Assembly: GCA_013388435.1 (NCBI GenBank)
Contig: JACAFE010000079.1
Location: 1-62,615 of the forward strand
Source: Nitrospirota bacterium
Lineage (GTDB): Bacteria > Nitrospirota > Thermodesulfovibrionia > Thermodesulfovibrionales > SM23-35
DNA: 62,615 nucleotides
Reading direction: 5' to 3'
Position numbers and translations under genes: made by a program
Notes under the pieces: generated by a model
Told to the model about the DNA's origin: nothing
Databases searched by the model: none
The model's input: the letters and a program-made list of their open reading frames with translations, nothing else
Shown: piece after piece, positions 20,035-29,609 of the stretch
How the letters are laid out: every line of letters starts with the position of its first letter
Numbering within the stretch: position 1 is the first letter of the stretch

Positions 20035-20382
20035 TTAGGGCTCGTCTAAATTTCTTTTCTCCAGAGAAGCCCTGTAAGGCATATATTTTTTATTCTTATC
20101 AATGCTAATTACCTTAACTCTATCCGGTATTATAAAGCCTTCTTGAGAAGGTTGAGCTGTAGTAATTTTTGCAAAAGATAAAATACTCGTTCTTTCTGCG
20201 AGGAGAAGTTTTCTTTCTCTTAATGCATTCGTTTTTTTGTTTTCTAATTCTCCAATGCTATATTCAAGTTTAAGAAAATCAGAGCGCAGTTTAACTATGC
20301 CAAATACACATGCTATTAGTAAAATTACAAGAAAACTTTTAAGCGTCAAAGATAAAAATCCGGGTCTTTTCCTTCGCATCAT
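20035..20382 (-). CDS. ftsL: Putative FtsL-like cell division protein
   Basis: Basic N-terminus, one TM helix, coiled-coil; lies between rsmH and ftsI (call is mainly positional). Confidence 0.65.
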   Translation of the reverse strand: MMRRKRPGFLSLTLKSFLVILLIACVFGIVKLRSDFLKLEYSIGELENKKTNALRERKLLLAERTSILSFAKITTAQPSQEGFIIPDRVKVISIDKNKKYMPYRASLEKRNLDEP

Positions 20383-21254
20383 ATTTTCTCCGCAACCCTT
20401 AATTTTGCACTTCTTGAAGCTGGATTTATTTTGATTTCTTCTAAAGAAGCTGTCATGGGTTTTCTGGTTATTTTTCTAAAAACGCCTTCTCTCACTTTAT
20501 TGGCTATAAATTGTTTTACAATTCTGTCTTCGAGTGAATGATAGGAAATTACACATAATCTTCCGGATTCTTTCAGAAGATTCTCCGAAGCGTATAGCCC
20601 GGCATTTAGATTTTCGAGTTCTTTGTTTACCTCAATTCTTAAAGCCTGAAAAGTTCTGGTAGCAGGATGTATTTTTCCCCTTTTTCTATAAATACTTTCA
20701 ACGATTTTAGATAGTTCAGAACATGTATTAATCGGGCTTCTTTCTCTGTTTTTTACTATTAAACGAGCAATTTTACGCGAATTTCTTTCCTCTCCATATT
20801 CCCGGAGAATCCTGTTTAATTCTTTTTCAGAATAATTATTAACTATATCCCAAGCAGATAGCGCCTGTGTTATATCCATCCTCATATCCAATCTTTTATC
20901 AGATGAAAAACTGAACCCCCTTTCAGCATCTTTCATCTGAATCATTGAGATACCAAGGTCGAATAATATTCCATCAACTTCAGAGATACCTTCTTCAAGA
21001 AGGATATTCCCCATATCTTTAAAACTCCCCCTTCTCAAAATAACTCTACTGTCAGAAAATCTTTTAGCTGCAAATTCAATGGCTTTAATATCTTTGTCTA
21101 TGCCTATTATTTTCCCTCTGCTATCAAGTTTTCTTAAAATTAGTTCTGAATGTCCTCCCGGTCCTAATGTAGCATCAACATAAACTCCATCTTTTTTAAT
21201 TTTTAAAGCATCTAAAACTTCTCTGTGCAAAACAGGAAAATGCACTTTGTCCAC
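20379..21254 (-). CDS. rsmH: 16S rRNA m4C1402 methyltransferase
   Basis: HFPVL, DATLGPGGHS, DLGISM, LDMRMD, FQALRIEVN, SRSAKLR. Confidence 0.98.
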   Translation of the reverse strand: MDKVHFPVLHREVLDALKIKKDGVYVDATLGPGGHSELILRKLDSRGKIIGIDKDIKAIEFAAKRFSDSRVILRRGSFKDMGNILLEEGISEVDGILFDLGISMIQMKDAERGFSFSSDKRLDMRMDITQALSAWDIVNNYSEKELNRILREYGEERNSRKIARLIVKNRERSPINTCSELSKIVESIYRKRGKIHPATRTFQALRIEVNKELENLNAGLYASENLLKESGRLCVISYHSLEDRIVKQFIANKVREGVFRKITRKPMTASLEEIKINPASRSAKLRVAEKI

Positions 21255-21273
21255 ATTAATTCAAAAATAATCT

Positions 21274-21726
21274 CTATATTTCATACGATGACAGCCTTTC
21301 TGCATATGCTTTCCAGTCAATTTTTGCAGGATCAAATGAATTATTCCATGAATCTCTATCCCATAATTCTATTTTTTCTATTTGACCAGCAAGAACTACA
21401 TCAGAATTAAGTCCAGCGTCTTCACGTAAAGACGCTGGAACCAGGATTCTTCCTTGTTTATCCATTTCTGTTTCAACCGCTGATGCAACAACTCTTCTTA
21501 AATAGTAACGTACTGCTTCATCAGAACGTGGTTTGGAGCGAATATTTTCGAGGTGTTTGTTCCATTCCTCGAGTGGATAAATTAATAAACAGGCATCAAA
21601 TGGAGCATTTGTAATATATAATTTAGTGCTATAATTACTTGTAATAATTTCCCTGAAAGGAGCTGGTATAATTAATCTGCCCTTCTGGTCTAATGTGTAA
21701 TAATATTTTCCAGAGAAAGATGGCAC
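21274..21726 (-). CDS. mraZ: Transcriptional regulator MraZ
   Basis: Two DxxGR motifs (DQKGR, DKQGR) and IELW; likely GTG start at 21726 after a GGAGGG RBS. Confidence 0.97.
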   Translation of the reverse strand: MPSFSGKYYYTLDQKGRLIIPAPFREIITSNYSTKLYITNAPFDACLLIYPLEEWNKHLENIRSKPRSDEAVRYYLRRVVASAVETEMDKQGRILVPASLREDAGLNSDVVLAGQIEKIELWDRDSWNNSFDPAKIDWKAYAERLSSYEI

Positions 21727-21734
21727 TTTTCCCT

Positions 21735-21758
21735 CCACTTTTTACCACTTTCTACCAC
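21735..21758 (-). promoter_or_regulatory. MraZ binding repeats (three GTGG units at 10-bp period)
   Basis: Minus strand reads GTGGTAGAAA GTGGTAAAAA GTGGAGGG, between the -10 box and the mraZ start; matches the known MraZ operator architecture. Confidence 0.8.
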
Positions 21759-21761
21759 TAA

Positions 21762-21790
21762 ATAATAATTTGATATGAAAATATTGTCAA
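21762..21790 (-). promoter_or_regulatory. Sigma70 promoter of the dcw cluster
   Basis: TTGACA (21790-21785), 17-nt spacer, TATTAT (21767-21762). Confidence 0.75.
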
Positions 21791-21953
21791 GTAAAAAAAT
21801 AATATTTCTATATTATGTATATAATTATTTCTATAACTACAATATATTGGATATATATAAATAATTTTAAGCATTAATTTTTTGTATTATCTGATTCTAA
21901 GAAATACAGCTACCTAACATAATTTTTCTATTTTTATGGATATTATTTTTGTC

Positions 21954-21983
21954 TTGACAAAAAGATTTCTTACTTGATACTGT
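21954..21983 (+). promoter_or_regulatory. Putative sigma70 promoter of hup
   Basis: TTGACA, 18-nt spacer, TACTGT with an extended -10 TGn. Confidence 0.5.
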
Positions 21984-22047
21984 TATTTCAGGTTTTATTT
22001 TCTATTTATTTACTAAAATTCAAAAAATCAAAGAGGGGGGTGATTAA

Positions 22048-22320
22048 ATGACAAAGACCGAGCTAATCGACAAAATTGCAACAAGTACAGGTCTAACTAA
22101 AGCCGTTGCATCAAGAGCACTTGAAGCTACTCTAAATTCAATTAGGACTGCACTCAAAAAAGGACAAAAAGTTACTCTTATAGGTTTTGGCACTTTTTCA
22201 GTCTCAAAAAGAAAATCCAGGAAAGGCCGCAATCCTCGTACAGGCGATACAATTACAATTCCTGCTGCTAAGATACCAAAGTTTACAGCAGGCAAATCTT
22301 TTAAAGACGCAATTAAATAA
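22048..22320 (+). CDS. hup: DNA-binding protein HU
   Basis: 90 aa; MTKTELI, GFGTF, GRNPRTG. Confidence 0.97.
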   Translation: MTKTELIDKIATSTGLTKAVASRALEATLNSIRTALKKGQKVTLIGFGTFSVSKRKSRKGRNPRTGDTITIPAAKIPKFTAGKSFKDAIK

Positions 22321-22337
22321 TAAGATTTTCATTTATA

Positions 22338-22374
22338 TTTGATTAAGGTGCAATTAAATTGCACCTTAATCAAA
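22338..22374. terminator. Long perfect inverted repeat after hup (intrinsic terminator)
   Basis: TTTGATTAAGGTGCAAT-TAA-ATTGCACCTTAATCAAA (17-bp arms) followed by a T-rich tract. Confidence 0.75.
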
Positions 22375-22416
22375 ATTTCTTTTTTATTAATATTGTTATT
22401 TTGTAAGGAGGTATAT

Positions 22417-22722
22417 ATGCTGGCGGAATTCAGTATAGTTCCAATAGGTTCGGGGAGTAGCATTGGGTCGAGACTTGCTGAAGTTCTTGATATTGTTGAT
22501 TCAAGCGGATTGCCGTATAAAATTAATCCTATGGGCACTGTAGTGGAAGGTGAATGGGATGATATTATGAGACTTATAAAGAAATGTCACAAAACTGTAA
22601 TGAAGTCTGAAGAAAGAGCAGTAACAACTATTACAATCGATGATCGCAAAGGAAAACCAAACAGGATAGAAGAAAAAGTAAAATCCATTGAAAAGAGACT
22701 CGGTAAAACTCTTAAGAAGTAA
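22417..22722 (+). CDS. MTH1187/YqgV family thiamine-binding protein
   Basis: AEFSIVPIG, PMGTVVEG, IDDR, KVKSI; ATG 22417 after AAGGAGG. Confidence 0.9.
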   Translation: MLAEFSIVPIGSGSSIGSRLAEVLDIVDSSGLPYKINPMGTVVEGEWDDIMRLIKKCHKTVMKSEERAVTTITIDDRKGKPNRIEEKVKSIEKRLGKTLKK

Positions 22723-22731
22723 GGAGGTCTC

Positions 22732-23829
22732 ATGTCTTCAAAAGTAACTCTTTCAGTAATCAAAGCCGATGTTGGTGGTTATGTAGGTCATTCGAGCATT
22801 CACAATGATATAATCCAAACTGCTAAGGAGAAATTAAATAATGCAACAGAGCAGGGAATTCTTATAGATTTTCATGTAACACGCTGCGGAGATGACCTTG
22901 AGTTAATAATGACTCATAAATATGGGACAGATGCTGAGGATATTCATCAACTTGCATGGAATACTTTTGTTGCATGTACTGAAGTTGCCAAAGAATTAAA
23001 ATTATATGGTGCAGGACAGGACCTTCTTTCAGACGCTTTTACAGGAACAGTAAAAGGCATGGGACCTGGAGTTGCAGAAATGGAATTTGAAGAGAGAAAA
23101 AGCGAGCCAATAATTATTTTTATGGCAGACAAAACATCTCCAGGAGCATGGAATCTTCCCTTATATAAAATATTTGCAGACCCTTTTAATACAGCAGGGC
23201 TTGTAATAGACACTACAATGCATGAAGGTTTTGTATTTGAAGTTCTTGATGTTTATAAGCGCAGGAAAATAACTTTTAGTTGCCCCGAGGAATTATACAA
23301 TCTGTTGATGTTCATAGGTGCTTTGCGAAGATTTATGATAAGAAATGTTTATAGAAAAGATGGCATGATTGCAGCAACTGCATCCACACAGAAGCTTAGT
23401 CTTATTGCAGGAAAATATGTTGGTAAAGATGACCCTGTTCTGATTGTGCGTTGTCAATCAGGACTTCCAGCGATTGGTGAGGTACTCGAACCTTTTGCAT
23501 TCCCACATACAGTCGAGGGCTGGATGCGCGGTTCACACAGAGGACCTTTAATGCCCGTTGCTTTTTATGAAGCGAATCCTTCAAGATTTGATGGACCGCC
23601 AAGAGTTATTGCTGCAGGTTTTCAATTATGCAAAGGAAAGCTCATTGGACCGAGAGATCTTTTTGATGACCCTGCTTTTGATGAAGCAAGAAGAAAAGCA
23701 AATGAGATTGCAAATTATTACAGACAGCATGGATCATTTGAACCACACAGACTCGGGCTCGAAGATCTTGAATACACTACAATGGACAAATTGATGAAAA
23801 ATCTTGAAAGCAGGTTTATTCCTGAATAA
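22732..23829 (+). CDS. fbp: Bifunctional fructose-1,6-bisphosphate aldolase/phosphatase (class V FBPase)
   Basis: KADVGG..GH, GDD, YGAGQDLL, ADKT, YVGKDDP, GWMRGSH, HGSFEPHRL. Confidence 0.95.
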   Translation: MSSKVTLSVIKADVGGYVGHSSIHNDIIQTAKEKLNNATEQGILIDFHVTRCGDDLELIMTHKYGTDAEDIHQLAWNTFVACTEVAKELKLYGAGQDLLSDAFTGTVKGMGPGVAEMEFEERKSEPIIIFMADKTSPGAWNLPLYKIFADPFNTAGLVIDTTMHEGFVFEVLDVYKRRKITFSCPEELYNLLMFIGALRRFMIRNVYRKDGMIAATASTQKLSLIAGKYVGKDDPVLIVRCQSGLPAIGEVLEPFAFPHTVEGWMRGSHRGPLMPVAFYEANPSRFDGPPRVIAAGFQLCKGKLIGPRDLFDDPAFDEARRKANEIANYYRQHGSFEPHRLGLEDLEYTTMDKLMKNLESRFIPE

Positions 23830-26422
23830 TTCTTTTTACAAATTTTTCTTCATCTGAACGTGTTTCCAGTCTGCCTTTGAGTTTTTCTTCTAACAACTGA
23901 TTCAATATTATTGAATATATAGGGCCTGGTTTTACTCCCATATTTTTAAGGTCATTTCCATTCAGAATTGTTTTAATATTTCTTAATTCTGTGAGGTATC
24001 TTGAAATGATTTTCTGCTTTTTTCTATCTCTGCACACTGCCATAATAAATAATATAATCTCCAGACTTAAATGTCTGAAGCAATTATAAATTTCAACAGG
24101 ATCATCAGATGGAAATTTCTTCATTATTTCTTTTGAACGGTTGATACCTTTGATTATTAGTTCTTTTATTTTTGAAGGCGGGGAAAGTCTTTCTATAGCT
24201 GCTTCTAATTCTTCATTCGAAAGTTTTGAAAGCAAAACCATTAAATAAAGTAAACTGCTATCCGGTTTTTCCTCAAGGAAAAGAAGCTTGAACCATGCTA
24301 AAGTTTCCTGAAGGGATTTTAGTAGATTTTCAAGTTCTTCGTTGAATATTAGACGATTATGTATAACTCTTAAAAGTCCGTAGTCGGAAAGTTTCTTTAA
24401 TGTATTGACAGGCTCGGTTTCTTTAAAAGAAAGCAATAGTTCTTCATAAATTCTCGGACCTGAAAGCATATTGAAAAGGTTCATCTCAAGAGCTGACTTG
24501 ATCAGGTTTTCGGTGTGTTTGCTGATTTTAAAACCAAACCGTTGCGCAAACCTGACTGCTCTAAAAGCCCTTGTTGGGTCCTCAATAAAACTCAGGTTAT
24601 GGAGCACTCTTATAGTTTTTTCTCTTAAATCTCTCTGGCCGCCAAAAAAATCTATTAATATCCCGAAATCCTTTGGATTAAGTTTAATGGCAAGCGTGTT
24701 GATAGTAAAATCTCTTCTGTACAGGTCTTTTTTTATTGATGATGTTTCGACTTTTGGAAGTGCTGCGGGTGATTCATAATACTCGGTTCTTGCAGTTGCT
24801 ACATCAAGTTTAAGCGCACTCGTGAAAATTTGTGCGGTTCCAAATTTTTCATGAGTTCTGACTTTTGCTTTGAGGATTTCACCGAGTTTTTTTGCGAAAG
24901 TTATACCATCACCTTCAACAACAATATCAATATCAAGATTTTCTTCTCCCCTGAGAAGGTCTCTAACAGAGCCTCCAACAAGGTAAGCATTATATCGCAA
25001 TTCATCAGCAACCTGTCCTGATAGTTTTAATAAATCATATATCTCAGATGGAAATTTCTCTTTTAACCATGAAGATAAATTCCTTCCCATTGTTGGTTTC
25101 TCTTTGGTAATCGTTTCCTCTATTTTTCTGCGTCTCAGGAATTCTTCATAAAGAGTGCGAAGCAGATCAGTTCTTGTTATAGCACCCACAATTTTATCTT
25201 TTTCTATAACTGGCATAAATCTCTGGTTCTGCTCGATCATTAGTGTTTCAATTTCTCTGATGGGAGTTCCTGGCTCTACAGTCATTGCGTCTGTTGTTGA
25301 AAAATCAATGGCTTTGCTTTTCCCAAAACCATGAAATAATGCTTTTTCGACTATTTCACGTGCAATAAGGCCGATATACTTGCCTTCTTTGAGTATAGGG
25401 AGAACATTGACTCCGTATCTTGTCATTACAGATTCAGCTTCTTTGATAGTCATATCGTATGGGATTGTAATAACAGGTCTTGTCATTATATCAGACGCTA
25501 CTTTCCCGGGTTGAACAGAAGAATTAAGAATATCTAAGATACGTTCCTCTATTATCTCAATAGATGCTTCTTTAATGGTTGCGGATGCAGCAGTCGGGTG
25601 TCCTCCTCCGCCAAACTCTGTCATAATGGAAGCCACATTCAGTTCCGGAACCCTGCTTCTTCCCACAACAAGAATTTTACCTTCCATGCCAAGCAATACA
25701 ATTACAGCATCAATATCTTCCATATCCATAATTCTATGAGCAAGATGTGCTGCATCACCCACATAAAATTCTCTCGCTGCTTTTGCTATTTTTATTCTTA
25801 TTCCTTTAATAACTATATCCTTTGAGGTCTGTAGGAGTTCATTCAATATTTCGAGTTCTTCGGTGCTTAATTCCATCTTTAGAAAATTTGCCGCTATATT
25901 TAAATTTGCACCTCTTTTGAGCAGATAAGCTGCAGCAAGCATGTCGCGCTCTGTGGTTGAAGGAAACAACATACAGCCTGTTTCTTCATAAATACCTAAG
26001 GCAAGTATAGTTGCTTCCATAGGCGTAGGATGAAGCTTTTTGTTTTTCAGTATTTCCGTAAAAATTGTTGCAGTCGCTCCAACATGTTCAATTTTTTCGA
26101 GTTCTCCTCTTATGTCCCCTGTAGTAAATGGATGATGGTCATAAATATGTATTTTTATCTTTTTATTTTGAATTAATTCAGCAAAAGGACCTATTCTTGA
26201 AGGCGTCTTTGTATCAACAAGTATAAGACGGGTTATTTTTGAAATGTCAATATCTTTTATCCTTTTTATCTTAACAGGCTGGAAAGCTTCGAGAAAATCC
26301 CTGAGTTTTTTTTCCTGAGAACCAGGGAAAACAATCTCGGCCTCGGGATAAATTTTCTTTGCCGCAACCATTGATGCGAGAGCATCAAAGTCAGCATTCA
26401 TATGTGAAGTTATAATGTCCAA
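23816..26422 (-). CDS. cca: DHH-CBS-domain tRNA nucleotidyltransferase (CCA- or A-adding)
   Basis: N-terminal HMNADFD/DHH/GGGGH, tandem CBS domains, LVGGSVRD..DIDI, RRDFTIN, EDPTR. Confidence 0.9.
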   Translation of the reverse strand: MDIITSHMNADFDALASMVAAKKIYPEAEIVFPGSQEKKLRDFLEAFQPVKIKRIKDIDISKITRLILVDTKTPSRIGPFAELIQNKKIKIHIYDHHPFTTGDIRGELEKIEHVGATATIFTEILKNKKLHPTPMEATILALGIYEETGCMLFPSTTERDMLAAAYLLKRGANLNIAANFLKMELSTEELEILNELLQTSKDIVIKGIRIKIAKAAREFYVGDAAHLAHRIMDMEDIDAVIVLLGMEGKILVVGRSRVPELNVASIMTEFGGGGHPTAASATIKEASIEIIEERILDILNSSVQPGKVASDIMTRPVITIPYDMTIKEAESVMTRYGVNVLPILKEGKYIGLIAREIVEKALFHGFGKSKAIDFSTTDAMTVEPGTPIREIETLMIEQNQRFMPVIEKDKIVGAITRTDLLRTLYEEFLRRRKIEETITKEKPTMGRNLSSWLKEKFPSEIYDLLKLSGQVADELRYNAYLVGGSVRDLLRGEENLDIDIVVEGDGITFAKKLGEILKAKVRTHEKFGTAQIFTSALKLDVATARTEYYESPAALPKVETSSIKKDLYRRDFTINTLAIKLNPKDFGILIDFFGGQRDLREKTIRVLHNLSFIEDPTRAFRAVRFAQRFGFKISKHTENLIKSALEMNLFNMLSGPRIYEELLLSFKETEPVNTLKKLSDYGLLRVIHNRLIFNEELENLLKSLQETLAWFKLLFLEEKPDSSLLYLMVLLSKLSNEELEAAIERLSPPSKIKELIIKGINRSKEIMKKFPSDDPVEIYNCFRHLSLEIILFIMAVCRDRKKQKIISRYLTELRNIKTILNGNDLKNMGVKPGPIYSIILNQLLEEKLKGRLETRSDEEKFVKRIIQE

Positions 26423-26423
26423 T

Positions 26424-27833
26424 TCAGGAAGGGTTTATAACTACTCTGTCCCTGCCTGCATGCTTGGCAGCAAACATTGCATTGTCAGCGATATTGATAA
26501 GATCATCGTAATTTCTTATTTTTTTGTTAGTGCTGCAGGCTACTCCTATGCTAACTGTAATATTTATCTTTTTCTTCAGGGCATCAAAATGATGATTTTT
26601 TATAATATTTCTGAGTCTTTCAGCCTCAACAAAGGCTCCTTTTTCATCTGTCTGTGGTAAAAGTAAAATAAATTCCTCACCGCCATATCTCGCAAATATA
26701 TCAGACCTTCTTGTATGCATTTTCACGAGCTGAGCAAATTCACGTAATATAATATCGCCTACTCTATGTCCGAAAGTATCATTTATTCTCTTAAAATAAT
26801 CTATATCAAACATCATGCAACTCAAAGGCAAACGGTACCTTTCGGATCTGCTGAATTCCTCTTCAATTCTATTGTAGAAATATCTGATATTGTATATTCC
26901 TGTTAAATAATCTGTAATCGCAAATTTTTCAAGTTTTGATTTTTCCAGATTGAGATTTTCATAAAGAAAGGCATTATAAAGGGAAGTTGCAGAAGCATTT
27001 GCGAGTGCAAGACACATTTTTATTTCTTTATCAGTGAAAGTATGTTTTTTCCTTGAAGTTCTTAAAAGAAGGGTTCCAATTATTTCATCATAGAAAATTA
27101 CAGGAATTACGACTATTGAGCGGATACCTACAGTTTTTATGATATCCTGTACCTCTTTCATCAAAGGGTCTTTCGAGGCATCTTTAACAACAATCATCTC
27201 CCTTGAATTAAGGACTTTTCTTATTTCAGGATATTTTCTTAAATCAATTCTTATGTTGGTGATTTTTGGATCTTCATAAGTTGAGATAACATTAGCATAC
27301 TGAGGATCAATAGAATTTATACTGAGAATTGAACATCTGTCAACTTTTATAATCTCGGCAAGTTTTCTTACGATTAGATATAAAACTTCATGCGGATCAA
27401 GTGTTGATGAAAACAAAGTGGCAAGTTCAACAACTGCATGATGATTATTGCCACATTCGTAAAGGGTTTCAATCCACTTTTTTCCTACAGATATTACCCC
27501 GAGTTTATTTTCCAGATCATCCTTATGAAAAGGACTTATAAGATAACATTCTACATCAGATTTAACTATAGTATGAATACCCTGAGTAATATTTTTAGAT
27601 ACTAAAGCAATAACAGGGTACTTTTGTTTAAGTTCCTGAATTTCTTCTAATCCATAAGGGCTATCCGTTAAAATAGCAACTATTTTCTTTTTAAAAGATA
27701 ACTCTTTTTTTAATGAGTTTGAGCTTCTAATAAACTTTGCATTATAATTCTGATTGTTCTTAAAGAAAGATTTCAAGAATGTATTTACTTCTTTATCATT
27801 GCTGTAAATTACAACTTCTTTTTTATTTCCCAT
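26424..27833 (-). CDS. Diguanylate cyclase (receiver-like, GAF and GGEEF domains)
   Basis: TDYLTG, DIDYFKRINDTFGH, RRSD I-site, RYGGEEF; central GAF domain. Confidence 0.93.
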   Translation of the reverse strand: MGNKKEVVIYSNDKEVNTFLKSFFKNNQNYNAKFIRSSNSLKKELSFKKKIVAILTDSPYGLEEIQELKQKYPVIALVSKNITQGIHTIVKSDVECYLISPFHKDDLENKLGVISVGKKWIETLYECGNNHHAVVELATLFSSTLDPHEVLYLIVRKLAEIIKVDRCSILSINSIDPQYANVISTYEDPKITNIRIDLRKYPEIRKVLNSREMIVVKDASKDPLMKEVQDIIKTVGIRSIVVIPVIFYDEIIGTLLLRTSRKKHTFTDKEIKMCLALANASATSLYNAFLYENLNLEKSKLEKFAITDYLTGIYNIRYFYNRIEEEFSRSERYRLPLSCMMFDIDYFKRINDTFGHRVGDIILREFAQLVKMHTRRSDIFARYGGEEFILLLPQTDEKGAFVEAERLRNIIKNHHFDALKKKINITVSIGVACSTNKKIRNYDDLINIADNAMFAAKHAGRDRVVINPS

Positions 27834-27876
27834 GTTTAAATTATTGCAAAAAATATGATTATTGTCTAATAAAAAA

Positions 27877-29601
27877 TTAGCTATTTTTTTTATTATTCAA
27901 AAATTTTATGAGATTTTTATAATTCATTGTGTTAATCACATGCTTTTTTTCGAGCCAGCCACGCCTTGCAATAGACACTCCATAAGCCATAAATTTAAAC
28001 TGACTTAACATATGGGTATCTGTGTTGATAACGATCGGCACACCCATTGATGCAGCTTTTTTTGCGTAAACATCATTAAGGTCGAGCCTGAGAGGATATG
28101 AATTAATTTCGAGTGCGGTATTAGTTTCGAAAGCTGTCTTTATTATTCTTTCCATATCAATATTATAAGGGTCTCTCTCTCCTATAAGCCTTCCTGTCGG
28201 ATGTGCGATAAAGGAAACATATGGATTTTTCATGGCAGAAACAATCCTCTGAGTAAGCTGTTCTCTGCTCTGTCTGAAACCCGAATGTATTGAAGCTATA
28301 ACTATATCAAGCTGTTTGAGAATATCATCGGAAAAATCCAGACAACCATCGCTTCTTATATCAACTTCTATGCCTGACAATAACCTGAATCCTTTAAGCC
28401 TCTTATTGAGAGCGTCAATCTCTTTCTTTTCCTCAATGACTTTTTCTTCGTTTAATCCTCTTGCGATTCCAAGTCCTTTTGAGTGGTCTGTTATTGCGAT
28501 ATATTCATAACCTGCTTCCCTGGCAGCGCTTATTAATTCATCGTAATCATGACTCCCATCGCTTCTCTTTGTATGAACATGCAGGTCACCTTTGATATCT
28601 TTAATTTCAATCAATACGGGGAGTTTCCCATCTATAGCTGCTTCAATTTCTCCTGTATCTTCCCGCATTTCCGGCGGTATATAGGGTAGTCCTAATATTT
28701 TATAAATATCCTCTTCTTTTTCACCTCCAAGCTTTTTATCATCTTTCTCCCTGAAAATCCCGTATTCATTTATCTTCAGGCCTGCTTTAACTGCCATTTC
28801 GCGAAGGCGAATATTATGTTCTTTGCTGCCTGTAAAATAAGCAAGCGCAGCGCCATAACTCTCTTCTTTAACCACTCTTAAATCAACCTGAATGTCTTCC
28901 TGAATTATTATGCTTGATTTTGTCGGACCATGCATTAACACTTCTTTAACATCAGGCAAATGGATAAAAGCATTCATGACAGATTTGGGGTCATTTGAGG
29001 TTGCAAGAATATCTATATCTTTAATGGTATCTTTCCATCGTCTTAGACTGCCAGCAAGGCTTATTTTATTGACAGAGCTGTGTTTTTTAATATAATCGAG
29101 AATTTCTTCAGCAACAGGAAGCACTTTACCCAATGGTTTTCTCTCTATGCCCCTTTTTAACATCTCTATCCCTTTTATTATATTTTCTTCGGTCTTTTCT
29201 TTTATTCCCGGAAGACCTGTCAATTTATGTTTGCGGGCATAATTTTCAAGGTCTTCCATATTTCTTACATTCAATTTTTCATAAAGCATTTTTGCGGTTT
29301 TTGGTCCGAGTCCCGGAACTTTCAATAAAGTGCTTAGACCTTCAGGGATTTCCTTCTTAATATCTTCATATGCCTGAATTTTGCCTGTTTTAATGTATTC
29401 TTCTATTTTTCCGGCAAGGTCCTGACCGATTCCTGGTATCCTGAGTAATTCTTCCTTTGAAGTTTCTGCTACATCTTTTGATAGACTTTCGAGCGCAAGA
29501 GCAGCCCTTTTGTATGCTCTTATTCTGAAAGGATTATCACCTTTAATTTCAAGAATATCAGCAATATCATTAAATATCGAAGCAATTTCTTTGTTCTTCA
29601 T
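27877..29601 (-). CDS. polX: DNA polymerase X with PHP domain
   Basis: NPFRIRAY, HhH motifs GIG/GLG, GSLRR, DIDI, VDLR, FTGSKEHN; PHP motifs HVHT, TDH, NTDTH. Confidence 0.97.
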   Translation of the reverse strand: MKNKEIASIFNDIADILEIKGDNPFRIRAYKRAALALESLSKDVAETSKEELLRIPGIGQDLAGKIEEYIKTGKIQAYEDIKKEIPEGLSTLLKVPGLGPKTAKMLYEKLNVRNMEDLENYARKHKLTGLPGIKEKTEENIIKGIEMLKRGIERKPLGKVLPVAEEILDYIKKHSSVNKISLAGSLRRWKDTIKDIDILATSNDPKSVMNAFIHLPDVKEVLMHGPTKSSIIIQEDIQVDLRVVKEESYGAALAYFTGSKEHNIRLREMAVKAGLKINEYGIFREKDDKKLGGEKEEDIYKILGLPYIPPEMREDTGEIEAAIDGKLPVLIEIKDIKGDLHVHTKRSDGSHDYDELISAAREAGYEYIAITDHSKGLGIARGLNEEKVIEEKKEIDALNKRLKGFRLLSGIEVDIRSDGCLDFSDDILKQLDIVIASIHSGFRQSREQLTQRIVSAMKNPYVSFIAHPTGRLIGERDPYNIDMERIIKTAFETNTALEINSYPLRLDLNDVYAKKAASMGVPIVINTDTHMLSQFKFMAYGVSIARRGWLEKKHVINTMNYKNLIKFLNNKKNS

Positions 29602-29609
29602 CTATTAGA

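Noticed and set aside
22339-22416. N-terminal extension of the MTH1187 ORF and the antisense ORF 22329-22538
   Set aside because: Both read through the terminator palindrome; a strong RBS precedes ATG 22417
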